DNA of 63,672 bases, taken from assembly GCA_009778475.1 (NCBI GenBank), contig WRJS01000003.1:1-63672 (forward strand), written 5' to 3'. The stretch comes from Kiritimatiellota bacterium (GTDB lineage Bacteria > Verrucomicrobiota > Kiritimatiellia > RFP12 > UBA1067). Positions 34,553-44,028 of the stretch are shown here, in pieces (the first letter of the stretch is position 1; the number at the start of each line of letters is the position of its first letter). The notes under the pieces were generated by a model. It was given only the letters and a program-made list of their open reading frames with translations, ran no database searches and was not told the origin of the DNA. Position numbers and translations under genes: made by a program.

Positions 34553-37384
34553 TCACTTCTCGGTCATGCGGACGGCGTCGTCGAAGGTGGGGGCGCGGCG
34601 GAGGTCGGGGTGGTCGCGGAAGATGTCGGTGTTGCGGCGGAACCACCAGGTGCCGTAGTATTGGGCGTTGGTGTCGATCCAGTTGGTGACGCGGAGGCGT
34701 TCCTCGGGGGTGACCTTGGCGGCAACGTCGGCGTGCTTCTTGACGAGCCCTCGGGGGTCGTCGGCGCGGGTGGGGCTGCCGATGATGGCGGCGAGCAGCG
34801 AGGTGGGCGAGCCGAGCGACCAGGCGGGGAGGTAATGCACGTTGCCGGTCTTGGGGTGGTTCTCGCCGATGACCTGCCCGAGCAGGCCGCGGTCTCGGTT
34901 GTCGCGGCCCTTGCGGCGTTCCGGCACGAGCGATTCGTAGGACACGTTGAAGAGGCGCGTGCGCTCGCCGGAGAGGTTGAGTTTGCCTTTGGGCTCGGCG
35001 CCGGAGTGGCAGCGGGCGCAGTGTTTGTCGAGGACGGGCTGGACGTCGGTCTCGTAGTGCAGCGGGCGCTGACCGCGGGCCTCGCCCGGCTGCGCGGAGG
35101 GCGCGGAGGGTTTGCGGGCGAAGGCGGCGGGCTGCCCCGCGCTCTTCTGCTCGTTCTGGAACGCGCTCGCGCTCTCGGGGGTCTCGTGGCAGCCGATACA
35201 GGCGCGGGTCTCGCCGGGCATGTAGTTGACGAACGTGCGCTCGGTCTGCACGGCCATGTGGTGCTCGTCGAGGGCCTGTAAAAAAATGTTGGCGTTGGCG
35301 GGGACGGTGAAGTGCGCGGAACCGTCGGCCTCCACTGGCACGATGCCGTGCTGGACTTTGAGCCCGAGGTGGGTGTCTTTGGTGATGGCGATGTGCTGCT
35401 GGTCGTATTCGTCGTGGAAGCCTTTGCACTGCGCCGCCCACGGGCGCGGGACTTGCTCGAGGACACGCAAGTGCTTGACGGTTCCGCGCGGGACGCCGAC
35501 CAAGCCGTGATAGACGTCGCGCACCATGCAGACGGCCTGATTTTTGGCCGCGAGCGCGTTGTCGAGCGCGGTCGAAAGCACAGGCGGCACGGGGCGCGGC
35601 GCGAGCGGGATGGGGTGCCAGCAGGAGGTGTCCGCGTCGCGGTGGAGCAGACGCACCGCGCCCTTCGCGTCGAGCGCGTACAGGCCGTACCCCGCGGGCG
35701 CTTTCCAGTCGCCGAGTTCCGCCGGCTTGTGCGAGACGAGGAACAGGTCCGCCGACAGCGGGTAGGGGTTCGCGAACAGGTCGCCGCGCCCGCCGCCGTC
35801 ATTCTGCCACGGGTCACCATCGTCCTCGCGGAAGGCGAAGCCCGGCTCGGCGCGGATGTCCACCTGCGGGGTGAGGTAGGTCATCGGCTCGCGCGTGCGG
35901 ATGGGCTTGGTCATGTCGAGCAGGATGACGGTGCCGACGTTGTTCTGCGGGCAGTGCGGCACGCCCGCGACCACGTAGAGGTTCGGCGCGCCCGGCACCG
36001 CGCGCCCGAAGTTCAGCGTCGGCGGCAGCGCGACGTCGTTGCCGAAAACCTCGCTCGAGGCCGTGCCGTCGGGGCGCATCGCCCACAGGCACTTCACGCT
36101 CACCGCGCCCTTGTCCACGTACTCCCAGCGCGTGTAGAGGATGCGGCCGTCGGGCAGCATGGAGGGTCCCGTCTCGCTCACCGAACTGCGGCTCAGCTGG
36201 CGCATATTCGCGCCGTCCGCATCCATGCGGAACAGCACCGTCGTGGTGAAGTCGTCGGGGCCGTCGCACAGGATGCCGTACTGGCAGCGCGTCGACACGA
36301 ACGCGATCCCGCCGTCCGGCAGGTAGCACGGCTGGAGGTCGTCCGTGCCGTGATGGTAGTGCGGGTACTTGCGGTACTTCGCCACGAGGTCCGCCTCGTC
36401 GGCCTGCGGGAACGTCAACTGCCGCAGGCCCGTGCCGTCCGCGTTGACCTCATACAGGCGGTAGCCCTCCTCGTGCTTCCCCTTCCACGCGAACACGATG
36501 CGCCGCGCGTCGAACGACACGTCGAAGCGCTCGAACACGCCGCCCGCCATCTGCGGCACGACATCGCGCACCGCGCCCGTCGCCACGTCCAGCACGCACA
36601 GCCGCGACCCCGGCATCCACGAACTGTTGATGTACTCCGTGTAGTAATGGTTCGAGTCATACGTCCGCCGCTTCACGAACACGATCTCCCTCGCGCCCGC
36701 CGCGGCCACGGCCCGCCGCGTCTCGGGCAGGACGCTCTCCTCGGCCCGCGGCGGCTTCGGCGTGTCCATCAGGTTGTACGCCGCCGCAAGGCGGCGTATC
36801 TCCGCTTCCGCCAGCACCGCGTCCTCGACAACGAACCCCGCCAGCCGCCCCGTGAAGAAGCGGCTCCTCCCCTCCCACGAGCCCAGATGCCCCGCGTGGC
36901 CGAAGTCCAGCGGCGGCGCCTGCTCCAACGCGCACTGGTCCACCTGCAGGCCGTTCCTGAAGCAGGTGACGCGCCGCGCCTTCGCGTCGTAGGTAATCGC
37001 GACAAACGACCACTGCCCCGGCCGCGCCCGCACCCGCGTGTGGAAATCGTTCTGCCCGCCGCCCGCCATGCGCATACCGTTCACGCAGAAGTTGACGCTG
37101 CCGTTGTTCAGCAGGATATGCACCATGCCCTGCGCCCAGCCGTCATGCGAGAAGATGGAGATGAAGCCATCCTGCTGCCGTGCGTCAGGGCTGATCAAAA
37201 AATGAACCGTGGCCTGCTCGAGTTGCCGCCCCGCGGCCTTGACCGCGACCGTGCTCGCCCTGCCGTCAAACGGCGGCGCGCCCGCCATCCCGCCCTCCCC
37301 CGCCGACACCACCCCCGCCGCCCGCGCAACCCCCGCGGCCGCCAGAAAAATCCCAATCACATAAAACACATTTCGCTTCATCAT
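34553..37384 (-). CDS. Secreted LamG-domain + PD40/TolB-like beta-propeller protein with two CxxCH haem-c motifs (paralogue 1)
   Basis: Signal peptide MMKRNVFYVIGIFLAAAGVARA. LamG-like N-terminal module (FTGRLAGFVVEDAVLAEAEI). PD40-type blades (YEVNADGTGLRQLT, RMDADGANMRQLS, TRWEYVD). Haem motifs CIGCHE, and VQPVLDKHCARCHSG (PSCyt-like). From memory this architecture resembles proteins annotated as HzsA-related. Confidence 0.7.
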   Translation of the reverse strand: MMKRNVFYVIGIFLAAAGVARAAGVVSAGEGGMAGAPPFDGRASTVAVKAAGRQLEQATVHFLISPDARQQDGFISIFSHDGWAQGMVHILLNNGSVNFCVNGMRMAGGGQNDFHTRVRARPGQWSFVAITYDAKARRVTCFRNGLQVDQCALEQAPPLDFGHAGHLGSWEGRSRFFTGRLAGFVVEDAVLAEAEIRRLAAAYNLMDTPKPPRAEESVLPETRRAVAAAGAREIVFVKRRTYDSNHYYTEYINSSWMPGSRLCVLDVATGAVRDVVPQMAGGVFERFDVSFDARRIVFAWKGKHEEGYRLYEVNADGTGLRQLTFPQADEADLVAKYRKYPHYHHGTDDLQPCYLPDGGIAFVSTRCQYGILCDGPDDFTTTVLFRMDADGANMRQLSRSSVSETGPSMLPDGRILYTRWEYVDKGAVSVKCLWAMRPDGTASSEVFGNDVALPPTLNFGRAVPGAPNLYVVAGVPHCPQNNVGTVILLDMTKPIRTREPMTYLTPQVDIRAEPGFAFREDDGDPWQNDGGGRGDLFANPYPLSADLFLVSHKPAELGDWKAPAGYGLYALDAKGAVRLLHRDADTSCWHPIPLAPRPVPPVLSTALDNALAAKNQAVCMVRDVYHGLVGVPRGTVKHLRVLEQVPRPWAAQCKGFHDEYDQQHIAITKDTHLGLKVQHGIVPVEADGSAHFTVPANANIFLQALDEHHMAVQTERTFVNYMPGETRACIGCHETPESASAFQNEQKSAGQPAAFARKPSAPSAQPGEARGQRPLHYETDVQPVLDKHCARCHSGAEPKGKLNLSGERTRLFNVSYESLVPERRKGRDNRDRGLLGQVIGENHPKTGNVHYLPAWSLGSPTSLLAAIIGSPTRADDPRGLVKKHADVAAKVTPEERLRVTNWIDTNAQYYGTWWFRRNTDIFRDHPDLRRAPTFDDAVRMTEK

Positions 37385-37416
37385 AACACGCTCCGTTGGA
37401 ATGGGCAGGTTGGGGT

Positions 37417-38220
37417 TTATTTCAAAACCTTGAAACTGCCCATCATTTTTTTCACGTCAGGATAAATGTGCGCGTCGTGTTCAGGCTTGATGGCGCTGAC
37501 GATGACAAACGCCTTGCCCGCTTCGACAATGACCCATTGGCGCCAGATGATTCCCGTCTGCGCGTTGATTTCAAAATGCAGGGCGGGGTAGTTGTTGACG
37601 GCGGCCTCTTTCATGTCGGCAGGCGTCACATCTTCTTTAAACATTTTGGCAAACGTTACGGCAAAGTGGTCTCTCACTTTTTTGTGCAAATCGTTCGCGC
37701 CCTCCGGATCATCGGAGGAGTAAGCCCCCATGGTATAGATGTCCATGCCTACGGGGGCGACAGGCGGGCGATAACAGATGCACGCGCCTTGATTGTCTTG
37801 CTCCCATTCGCTTGCCACCTCGATGCTGTAACGCGCCTGTGGCTTCTGCGGTTTGGCGAACACCCAATAACCTCGTGCCGCGTCGTAACGCCACTCGCTT
37901 TGGGTTTGCAGCGCGATGGCATCGAACATTTCCCGCCATGTCGGCTTGTAGAACGCGGGGATGAACGATTTCAGTTGCGTCGCATTAATCTCTTGCGACT
38001 CCGTATGGATGGCGACCTCGCATGCGGCATACAAGAGGCTACAGAAACCGTTAAAACTGCCCAGCATACTTCCGCCTGTCCGTTTTGAAAGGAACGCAGC
38101 CTGCTCTTTTTCCGAAAGCGCCTTGACCGGGCGAGGCGCCTCATCAGCGCCCGCAAAAGGATACCACACGGCAAACATTGGCAGTGCGCAACAAACGCGT
38201 AAGAACGACTTCAACTTCAT
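37417..38220 (-). CDS. Secreted protein of unknown function (AT-richer)
   Basis: ATG 38220 gives MKLKSFLRVCCALPMFAVWYPFAGA (signal peptide). No recognisable motifs. Its stop is 32 nt upstream of paralogue 1. Confidence 0.55.
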   Translation of the reverse strand: MKLKSFLRVCCALPMFAVWYPFAGADEAPRPVKALSEKEQAAFLSKRTGGSMLGSFNGFCSLLYAACEVAIHTESQEINATQLKSFIPAFYKPTWREMFDAIALQTQSEWRYDAARGYWVFAKPQKPQARYSIEVASEWEQDNQGACICYRPPVAPVGMDIYTMGAYSSDDPEGANDLHKKVRDHFAVTFAKMFKEDVTPADMKEAAVNNYPALHFEINAQTGIIWRQWVIVEAGKAFVIVSAIKPEHDAHIYPDVKKMMGSFKVLK

Positions 38221-38298
38221 GCTGCACGACCTCCTGATGATGAATCCATTGTGTTCACATACGCCCGCTCTCCACCCATTCCTCAATTCCTAGCTTCT

Positions 38299-39798
38299 CT
38301 AATTGCTCTCGCTCGCCAACCCCGCGTACACGCCGACCAGCCCGTGGTAGGCGCGTTCCATGAGCGCACGGCGGGAGTGGTAGAGCGCCACGTTCGCCGC
38401 GTCGGGGGCGGTGGTCGCGTCAACCGCCATCAGTTGGTCCACCACGCTGAAATCCTTGAACAGCCCGCACGCCACGCCGCCGATGACTGCCGCGCCCATC
38501 GAGGTCGCGTCGGCCTTGGAGGTGATGGTCTGCACGGGGCAGGCGCACGCATCCGCCAGCATCTGGCGGAACACCGCGCTCTGCGAGCCGCCGCCGATGA
38601 TCGTCAGGCGGTCGATGGGGACGTGGGCGCGGAAGATGTCGGCGATCGTGCCGAGGCTGATGGCCACGCCCTCCAGCACCGCCCGCAGCATGTCCTCGCG
38701 CGTGGAGGCGAGGTTCAGGCCGATGAACGCGCCCCGCGCCTCGGGGTTCCACCACGGCGTGCGCTCGCCCAGCATGTACGGCAGGAACATCACGCCGTTC
38801 GCGCCGGGCGGCACGGCCGCGGCTAAATCGTCGATGGCGCTGTACGGCATCTTGCTGGCGCACAGTTGCTCCGCCATCCACTTGAAACTCGAGCCGGCCG
38901 TCTGCATCGTGCCGGACGGGTGCAGGTAGCCGGGGACGCAGTGCGCCCAGTTCATCGTGCGCATCTGCTCGTCCACGATGGGCTTCTCGACCGTCAGCGC
39001 GACCCAGCTCGACGAGCCGAGGCAGTTGTACGCCGAGCCCGGCCGCACGCACCCCACGCCGACCCCCGCCGCGCTGCCGTCGCCGCCGCCCGCCGCCACG
39101 GGGGTGCCGGCCGCAAGCCCCGTCTCACGCGCCGCCTCTGCCGTGACCCCGCCGATGAGGGTGGCGGAGTCCACCGCCTTCGGGAACAGCGACACGTCCA
39201 GCCCCGCCAGCGCGATGAGCCGTTCCGACCACGTGAACGTGTTCAGATCAAACGCATTCGTCCCCGACGCATCCGAGAAATCCGTCGCCATCACGCCCGT
39301 CAGGCGGCAGTTGATGTAATCCTTCGCGCAGAGCGTCTTGCGGGTCTTTGCGAAAATCTCCGGCTCATTGTCGCGCACCCACATTAGTTTCTCCAGCGTG
39401 TACGACGCACTCGCGCGGTGACCGCAGATGCCGTAGAACTCGCGCAGAGAAATCTTCTCCAGCAGCGCCGCCTCCTGCGCGGTCGCCCGCTGGTCGCAAT
39501 AGAGGATGGACGGCCGCAGCGCGCGCCCCTGCGCGTCCACGGGCGTGCAGCCCATCATCTGGCCGCTCAGCGACACCACCGCGATGTCGCCCGGCGCGAC
39601 GTCCGCCTCCGCGAGCAGTTTGCGCGTCGAATCGCAGACCGCCCTCCACCAGTCCTCCGGGTCCTGCTCCGCCCACGTCCCGTTGAAGAACCGCGAAGGG
39701 TACGCGACCGTCGCGCTGGCCTTCTGTGCGCCCTCCTGCGTGTAGAGCGTCGCCTTGTTCCCGCTCGTGCCCAAGTCATGCGCCAAGATGTACTTCAT
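38299..39798 (-). CDS. FGGY-family carbohydrate kinase (xylulokinase-like)
   Basis: N-terminal MKYILAHDLGTSGNKATLY (FGGY phosphate-1 motif), about 500 aa, C-terminal GGG.QS..W.Q..AD pattern. AAGGAG SD upstream. Substrate cannot be determined by eye. Confidence 0.8.
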   Translation of the reverse strand: MKYILAHDLGTSGNKATLYTQEGAQKASATVAYPSRFFNGTWAEQDPEDWWRAVCDSTRKLLAEADVAPGDIAVVSLSGQMMGCTPVDAQGRALRPSILYCDQRATAQEAALLEKISLREFYGICGHRASASYTLEKLMWVRDNEPEIFAKTRKTLCAKDYINCRLTGVMATDFSDASGTNAFDLNTFTWSERLIALAGLDVSLFPKAVDSATLIGGVTAEAARETGLAAGTPVAAGGGDGSAAGVGVGCVRPGSAYNCLGSSSWVALTVEKPIVDEQMRTMNWAHCVPGYLHPSGTMQTAGSSFKWMAEQLCASKMPYSAIDDLAAAVPPGANGVMFLPYMLGERTPWWNPEARGAFIGLNLASTREDMLRAVLEGVAISLGTIADIFRAHVPIDRLTIIGGGSQSAVFRQMLADACACPVQTITSKADATSMGAAVIGGVACGLFKDFSVVDQLMAVDATTAPDAANVALYHSRRALMERAYHGLVGVYAGLASESN

Positions 39799-39818
39799 GG
39801 TGTTAATACTCCTTATGG

Positions 39819-40352
39819 TTAGGGATGAAATCCAATCTGCTTACGCTTGGGTTGCGCCGCTTCGCGCCTGTCCTTTTGCAGCAGGTAGTCCAGTGCCTGA
39901 TGCACGGTGTGGAATTTCTGGTCGTACTTTCTTTCCAGCTCTTGAAGTTTCTCGGTGAGGTCTTTATGGCTCAATGCGTACTGGCGCATGAGGACGAATG
40001 CCCGCATAATTGTGATGTTCACCTCGATGGCAGTCTTGCTGTTGAGGAGGCCGGACAACATGGCGACGCCCTGCTCGGTGAAGGCGAAGGGCGGGGCGGA
40101 ACTGTGTTTTATCGTCGCATGGAACTGGTCACAATTTGTGACCAGTTCCTGCCACTCGCTTTTTGAAAGCGGAAACATGAAGTCCGTCGGGAACCGTTCA
40201 AGGTTACGCTTGACAGCCTGTTTGAGCGCCTTGGTCGGCACGCCGTACAGCTTGGCGAGGTCGAAGTCGAGCATGACCTGCTTGCCGCGCAGGATATAAA
40301 TTTGGCCTTGGACTGCTAGGGCATCCGTTTGCTTCGGGGTTATGGGCTTCAT
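39819..40352 (-). CDS. ORF6N-domain protein, copy 1 (divergent central cassette)
   Basis: IYILRGKQVMLDFDLAKLYGV...AVKRN.ERFP.DFMF...FAFTEQGVAMLSGLLNS..AIEVNI.IMRAF is the ORF6N (KilA-N-related, phage antirepressor-type) pattern. Codons ~39-90 differ from copy 2. Confidence 0.8.
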   Translation of the reverse strand: MKPITPKQTDALAVQGQIYILRGKQVMLDFDLAKLYGVPTKALKQAVKRNLERFPTDFMFPLSKSEWQELVTNCDQFHATIKHSSAPPFAFTEQGVAMLSGLLNSKTAIEVNITIMRAFVLMRQYALSHKDLTEKLQELERKYDQKFHTVHQALDYLLQKDRREAAQPKRKQIGFHP

Positions 40353-40474
40353 TTACCTTTCTCCGAGTGCGCCGAGGGTTTCCGCGTCGCGCTGGCCTTC
40401 TGCGCGCCCTCCTGCGTGTACAGCGTCGCCTTGTTCCCGCTCGTGCCCAAGTCATGCGCCAAGATGTGTTTCAT
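40349..40474 (-). pseudogene. Duplicated 5' fragment of the FGGY kinase gene (41-codon chimeric ORF)
   Basis: Manual translation from ATG 40474 gives MKHILAHDLGTSGNKATLYTQEGAQKASAT (30 kinase codons, with its SD) followed by RKPSAHSEKGK*. The tail is read from a duplicated tail of gene 41023..43965. The TGA overlaps the ATG of ORF6N copy 1 (ATGA). Confidence 0.8.
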
Positions 40475-40494
40475 GGTGTTAATGCTCCTTATGG

Positions 40495-41022
40495 TTAGGG
40501 ACGAAACCCAATCTGTTTGCGTTTGGGTTGTGCCGCATCCTGCCTGTCCTTTTGCAGCAGGTAGTCCAGAGCCTGATGCACGGTGTGGAATTTCTGGTCG
40601 TACTTTCTTTCCAGCTCTTGGAGTTTCTCGGTGAGGTCTTTATGGCTCAATGCGTACTGGCGCATGAGGACGAACGCCCGCATGATGGCGATGTTCACCT
40701 CGATGGCGGTCTCGCTGTTGAGGAGGCCGGAAAGCATGGCGACGCCCTGTTCGGTGAAGGCATAAGGCAGTTTCCGAGTACCACCCCAACTTGATATCGC
40801 AAATTGCGATATCAAGTTTTCTGCTTCCTGCTTTGTAAGCTGAAACATAAAGTCATCAGGGAAACGTTTAATGTTTCGCTTTACTGCTTCGTTTAGCCTC
40901 ATCGTTTTCACGCCGTACAGCTTGGCGAGGTCGAAGTCGAGCATGACCTGCTTGCCGCGCAGGATGTAGATTTGGCCTTGGACAGCTAGGGCATCCGTTT
41001 GCTTCGGGGTTATGGGGTTCAT
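40495..41022 (-). CDS. ORF6N-domain protein, copy 2 (canonical core)
   Basis: Same N- and C-terminal sequences as copy 1. The central part (RFPDDFMFQLTKQE...SSWGGTRKLPYAFTEQG) fits the usual ORF6N motif. Its ATG (41020-41022) directly abuts the stop of the upstream gene (41023-41025). Confidence 0.85.
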   Translation of the reverse strand: MNPITPKQTDALAVQGQIYILRGKQVMLDFDLAKLYGVKTMRLNEAVKRNIKRFPDDFMFQLTKQEAENLISQFAISSWGGTRKLPYAFTEQGVAMLSGLLNSETAIEVNIAIMRAFVLMRQYALSHKDLTEKLQELERKYDQKFHTVHQALDYLLQKDRQDAAQPKRKQIGFRP

Positions 41023-43965
41023 TTACCTTTTCCCGAGTGCGCCGAGGGTCTCGGCGTCGAGCTTGTCGGCGGCGTCGCGCTTGGCTTTGTACTGCTCGTG
41101 CTTTTTCATCTCGTTCTCGTCCCAGGTGTTGGCTTCGACGTAGTCGGCGCAGAAGGGCACGGCGAGGTCCACCCACAGGGCGAGGGTGGCGATCTCTTCG
41201 GGCTTGATGGTCTTGCAGTGGCCTTTGTCGAGGCGCTCGAAGAGCGCGCTGGTGTTGGAGCCGACGGTGAGGGGTTTCTGGATGGGCGGCGCGGAGGCGG
41301 CGGACACCCAGTTGACGCCCTTGTGGTTGGGGTCGCCACGGTAGCGGCGGTCGGGGTTCTTCATGTCGGGCTTGGCGTGGGTGAGGGTGAGGTAGGATTG
41401 CGTCCAGTTGCGCTTGGCGTGGTCGTCCTTGACGATGGTGGCGCGGAAGTCGGGGCGTTTCTCTTCTTTGCCGTCGTGGCATTTGACGCAGTTGCGGTCG
41501 AGGATGGGCTGGACTTCTTTGACGAAGCTGAACCCGCGGCGGGGGCCGCCGATGGGGGCGAGTTTCTGCGCCCCTGCGGCGAGGGCTTGGGTGGGGCGGG
41601 CGGTGGCGAGGGGGACGCTGTTCTTGGGTTCGTGGCAGCCGACGCAGGAGGCGTTCTCGCCGGACTGGAGGGTGGTCCAGCTGCGCATGGTCTGCACCAT
41701 GCGCCCTTTGTCGTCGAGGAGCATGAAGTAAACGGGGCGGCGGGCGTCGGTGGTGAAGAACACGGAGCCGTCGGGGTAGACCGTCGCGTCGCCGACGAGG
41801 ATCTTGGGGTCCCACGCGCCGTTGCCGATGGCGACGGGGGTGCTGATGTCGGCGGCGCCGCCGGGGCCGCCGTTGCCGTTGTTGCCGATGCCGGCGATGC
41901 GGTAGTCGAGCTCGATGACGCGGAGGGTCTTGACGGTTCCGCGCGGCACGTCGTTCATGGCCTCGCCGACGTACACGTCCTGGACGTAGAAGGTGCCGTC
42001 GCGCTTGGCGTAGTTGACGGCGGAGGGGCGCTCGGGCGGGCGTCTGCGCGGGGCGAGGGGGACGGCGCGACCGGTCGAGAGCGTCATGCGCGGGGCGAGC
42101 AGCTCGCGGTTGCCGTCGATGTCCATCCAGTAGAGGCCGAAGCCGGTCTTGCGCTCTTCGCGGCGGGTCCCGTTGCGCTGGTTCCAGCCGGTGGGGTTGT
42201 AGGTGACGAGCAGCTGCCTCGCGTCGATGGGGTACGGGTACATGAACAGGTCGCCGCCCTGCCCGTAGGCGTCGATGACGATGGGGCGCTTCTCGGGCGG
42301 CTCGCGCACGGGCGCGACGATGGTGATGCCCTCGGTCTCTTGGCGGCCCTTGCCGGGCTCGATGTAGATGAGCTCGCCGGGCTGGCGCGAGTGGTGGCCC
42401 GTGGCGACGGCGAACATATTGGGCGAGCCGGGGATGCAGCGGGCGTGGATGATGGTCGTGGGGAACCACGAGTTCTCGCCATAGACGGCGGACTGCGCGG
42501 TGCCGTCGGGCATCATCTGGAACAGCGCCTGCGGGTACATCTGCGAGCGGTCGTTGTACTCCCAGCGCGTGTACAGCACGCGGTTGTCCCACGTGATGAC
42601 GGGGTAGTTGACGTGCACCTGGTCGAAGCCGAGGCGCAGGATGTTCCCGCCGTCCGCGTCGCAGCGGTACATATTGCTCACCTCGGTGTAGAAGCAGTCC
42701 ACGATCTGCTGGCAGCGCGTGGAGATGAACACGATGCTCCCGTCCGCGAGGTAGCACCCCTCGTAATCCGCGATGCCCAGCCCGCCCGTCAGCTGGCGCA
42801 CCTTCGACGCGTCCGGCACCCCGTCCGCGCCCACGGGCATCTCGTAGAGGCTGTAGTCGTCGCCCCTGTCCGACTTCTTCCACGCGAACAGTACCCGCTT
42901 CCCGTCGAAGTCCACGTCCACGTCGCGGATGATACCCTCCTTCGAGTCCAGCAGCACCGTCTCCTTCCAGAACCCGCCCGGCTGGTACTCCGCCAAGCAC
43001 AGCTGCCCGCCCGCCTGCCACGACCGCTCATGCTGCGCGTCCGACAACGCCTCCGTGTACGCATAATGCGACGCGCCCATCACGAAATGCCGCGCGAAAA
43101 CCACCTTCGGCATCTGCGCCCCCGCCTTCGCGAGGCGATGGTCGCGGCGCAACTGGCATACATTCTTGTAGGACGCCAGCAGCACTTTCAAATCATCCCC
43201 AGCGCCTGGGATAATCCCCAGCCGCTGCCTGAAAACATCAGCCCACTCCCCCGCAAACGCCTTCTCCGCCGCCGCCGCCAGATTCGGGCGCACCGCCCCG
43301 TCCTTGAAAACCCCCTTGCCGTACAGATCCCCCGTGTCCTGCCGCAGCCAGTCCGCCAGCAGCTCATTCTCCCGCTCGATCAGATCCCACAGCTTGCCGA
43401 TGGTCTCGCACTCCTCCGGTTTCAGCTCGCGCCCCAGCGCCAGCCTCGCGAACTCAACCGCCTCGGGATAGACCACCTGCCCCATGTCGAACACGATGTC
43501 CACGTCGATGCCCTGCCCCCCGCTCGTCTGGAAGCAATGCACCGCCACGGTGTTCTCCCCCGCCTTCAACGCCTTCAACAGCTCCGGCGTCGCGGGGATG
43601 TCCCTGTAGGCCGTGATGAAGCCCTTCGTCTTGCAGACCTCCACGCCGTTGACATAGACCTCCGTGTCCTCGTCATGGATGATGCGGACGAACGGCGGGA
43701 TTTTGAGATGCTGCTCCGACACATTGAACGTGCGCACCAGCCAGATGTCCGGCGTGTTCCAGATTGTGCGGATGTTCATGCCCGGCGTCCCGTGCGTGCC
43801 GAACACGCTCTTGCCCTCTTTCCACGCCGACACATCGAACCCCGGCTTAAACCACCCCTCCGCCGGCCTCTCCGTGGTGTACCGCCACGTATGCACCTCC
43901 TGCCCCCGTGCCGCCATCACGCCGCACGCCAACATCATCGCCAACATCATCCGTCCAGTTTTCAT
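41023..43965 (-). CDS. Secreted galactose-binding-like domain + beta-propeller protein with two CxxCH motifs (paralogue 2)
   Basis: ATG 43965 follows GAGGAGG. Signal peptide MKTGRMMLAMMLACGVMAARG. The N-terminal jelly roll resembles GH2-type sugar-binding domains (SAWKEG...VYVNGVEV...GENTVAVH). Propeller blades are present, plus CVGCHE and VQPILDRNCVKCHDG. Confidence 0.7.
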   Translation of the reverse strand: MKTGRMMLAMMLACGVMAARGQEVHTWRYTTERPAEGWFKPGFDVSAWKEGKSVFGTHGTPGMNIRTIWNTPDIWLVRTFNVSEQHLKIPPFVRIIHDEDTEVYVNGVEVCKTKGFITAYRDIPATPELLKALKAGENTVAVHCFQTSGGQGIDVDIVFDMGQVVYPEAVEFARLALGRELKPEECETIGKLWDLIERENELLADWLRQDTGDLYGKGVFKDGAVRPNLAAAAEKAFAGEWADVFRQRLGIIPGAGDDLKVLLASYKNVCQLRRDHRLAKAGAQMPKVVFARHFVMGASHYAYTEALSDAQHERSWQAGGQLCLAEYQPGGFWKETVLLDSKEGIIRDVDVDFDGKRVLFAWKKSDRGDDYSLYEMPVGADGVPDASKVRQLTGGLGIADYEGCYLADGSIVFISTRCQQIVDCFYTEVSNMYRCDADGGNILRLGFDQVHVNYPVITWDNRVLYTRWEYNDRSQMYPQALFQMMPDGTAQSAVYGENSWFPTTIIHARCIPGSPNMFAVATGHHSRQPGELIYIEPGKGRQETEGITIVAPVREPPEKRPIVIDAYGQGGDLFMYPYPIDARQLLVTYNPTGWNQRNGTRREERKTGFGLYWMDIDGNRELLAPRMTLSTGRAVPLAPRRRPPERPSAVNYAKRDGTFYVQDVYVGEAMNDVPRGTVKTLRVIELDYRIAGIGNNGNGGPGGAADISTPVAIGNGAWDPKILVGDATVYPDGSVFFTTDARRPVYFMLLDDKGRMVQTMRSWTTLQSGENASCVGCHEPKNSVPLATARPTQALAAGAQKLAPIGGPRRGFSFVKEVQPILDRNCVKCHDGKEEKRPDFRATIVKDDHAKRNWTQSYLTLTHAKPDMKNPDRRYRGDPNHKGVNWVSAASAPPIQKPLTVGSNTSALFERLDKGHCKTIKPEEIATLALWVDLAVPFCADYVEANTWDENEMKKHEQYKAKRDAADKLDAETLGALGKR

Positions 43966-44028
43966 AATTCCTCCTCGATTTAACAGTTCACACATTTTCG
44001 CATATCGTTTGCGCAAAGTCAATTCCTC

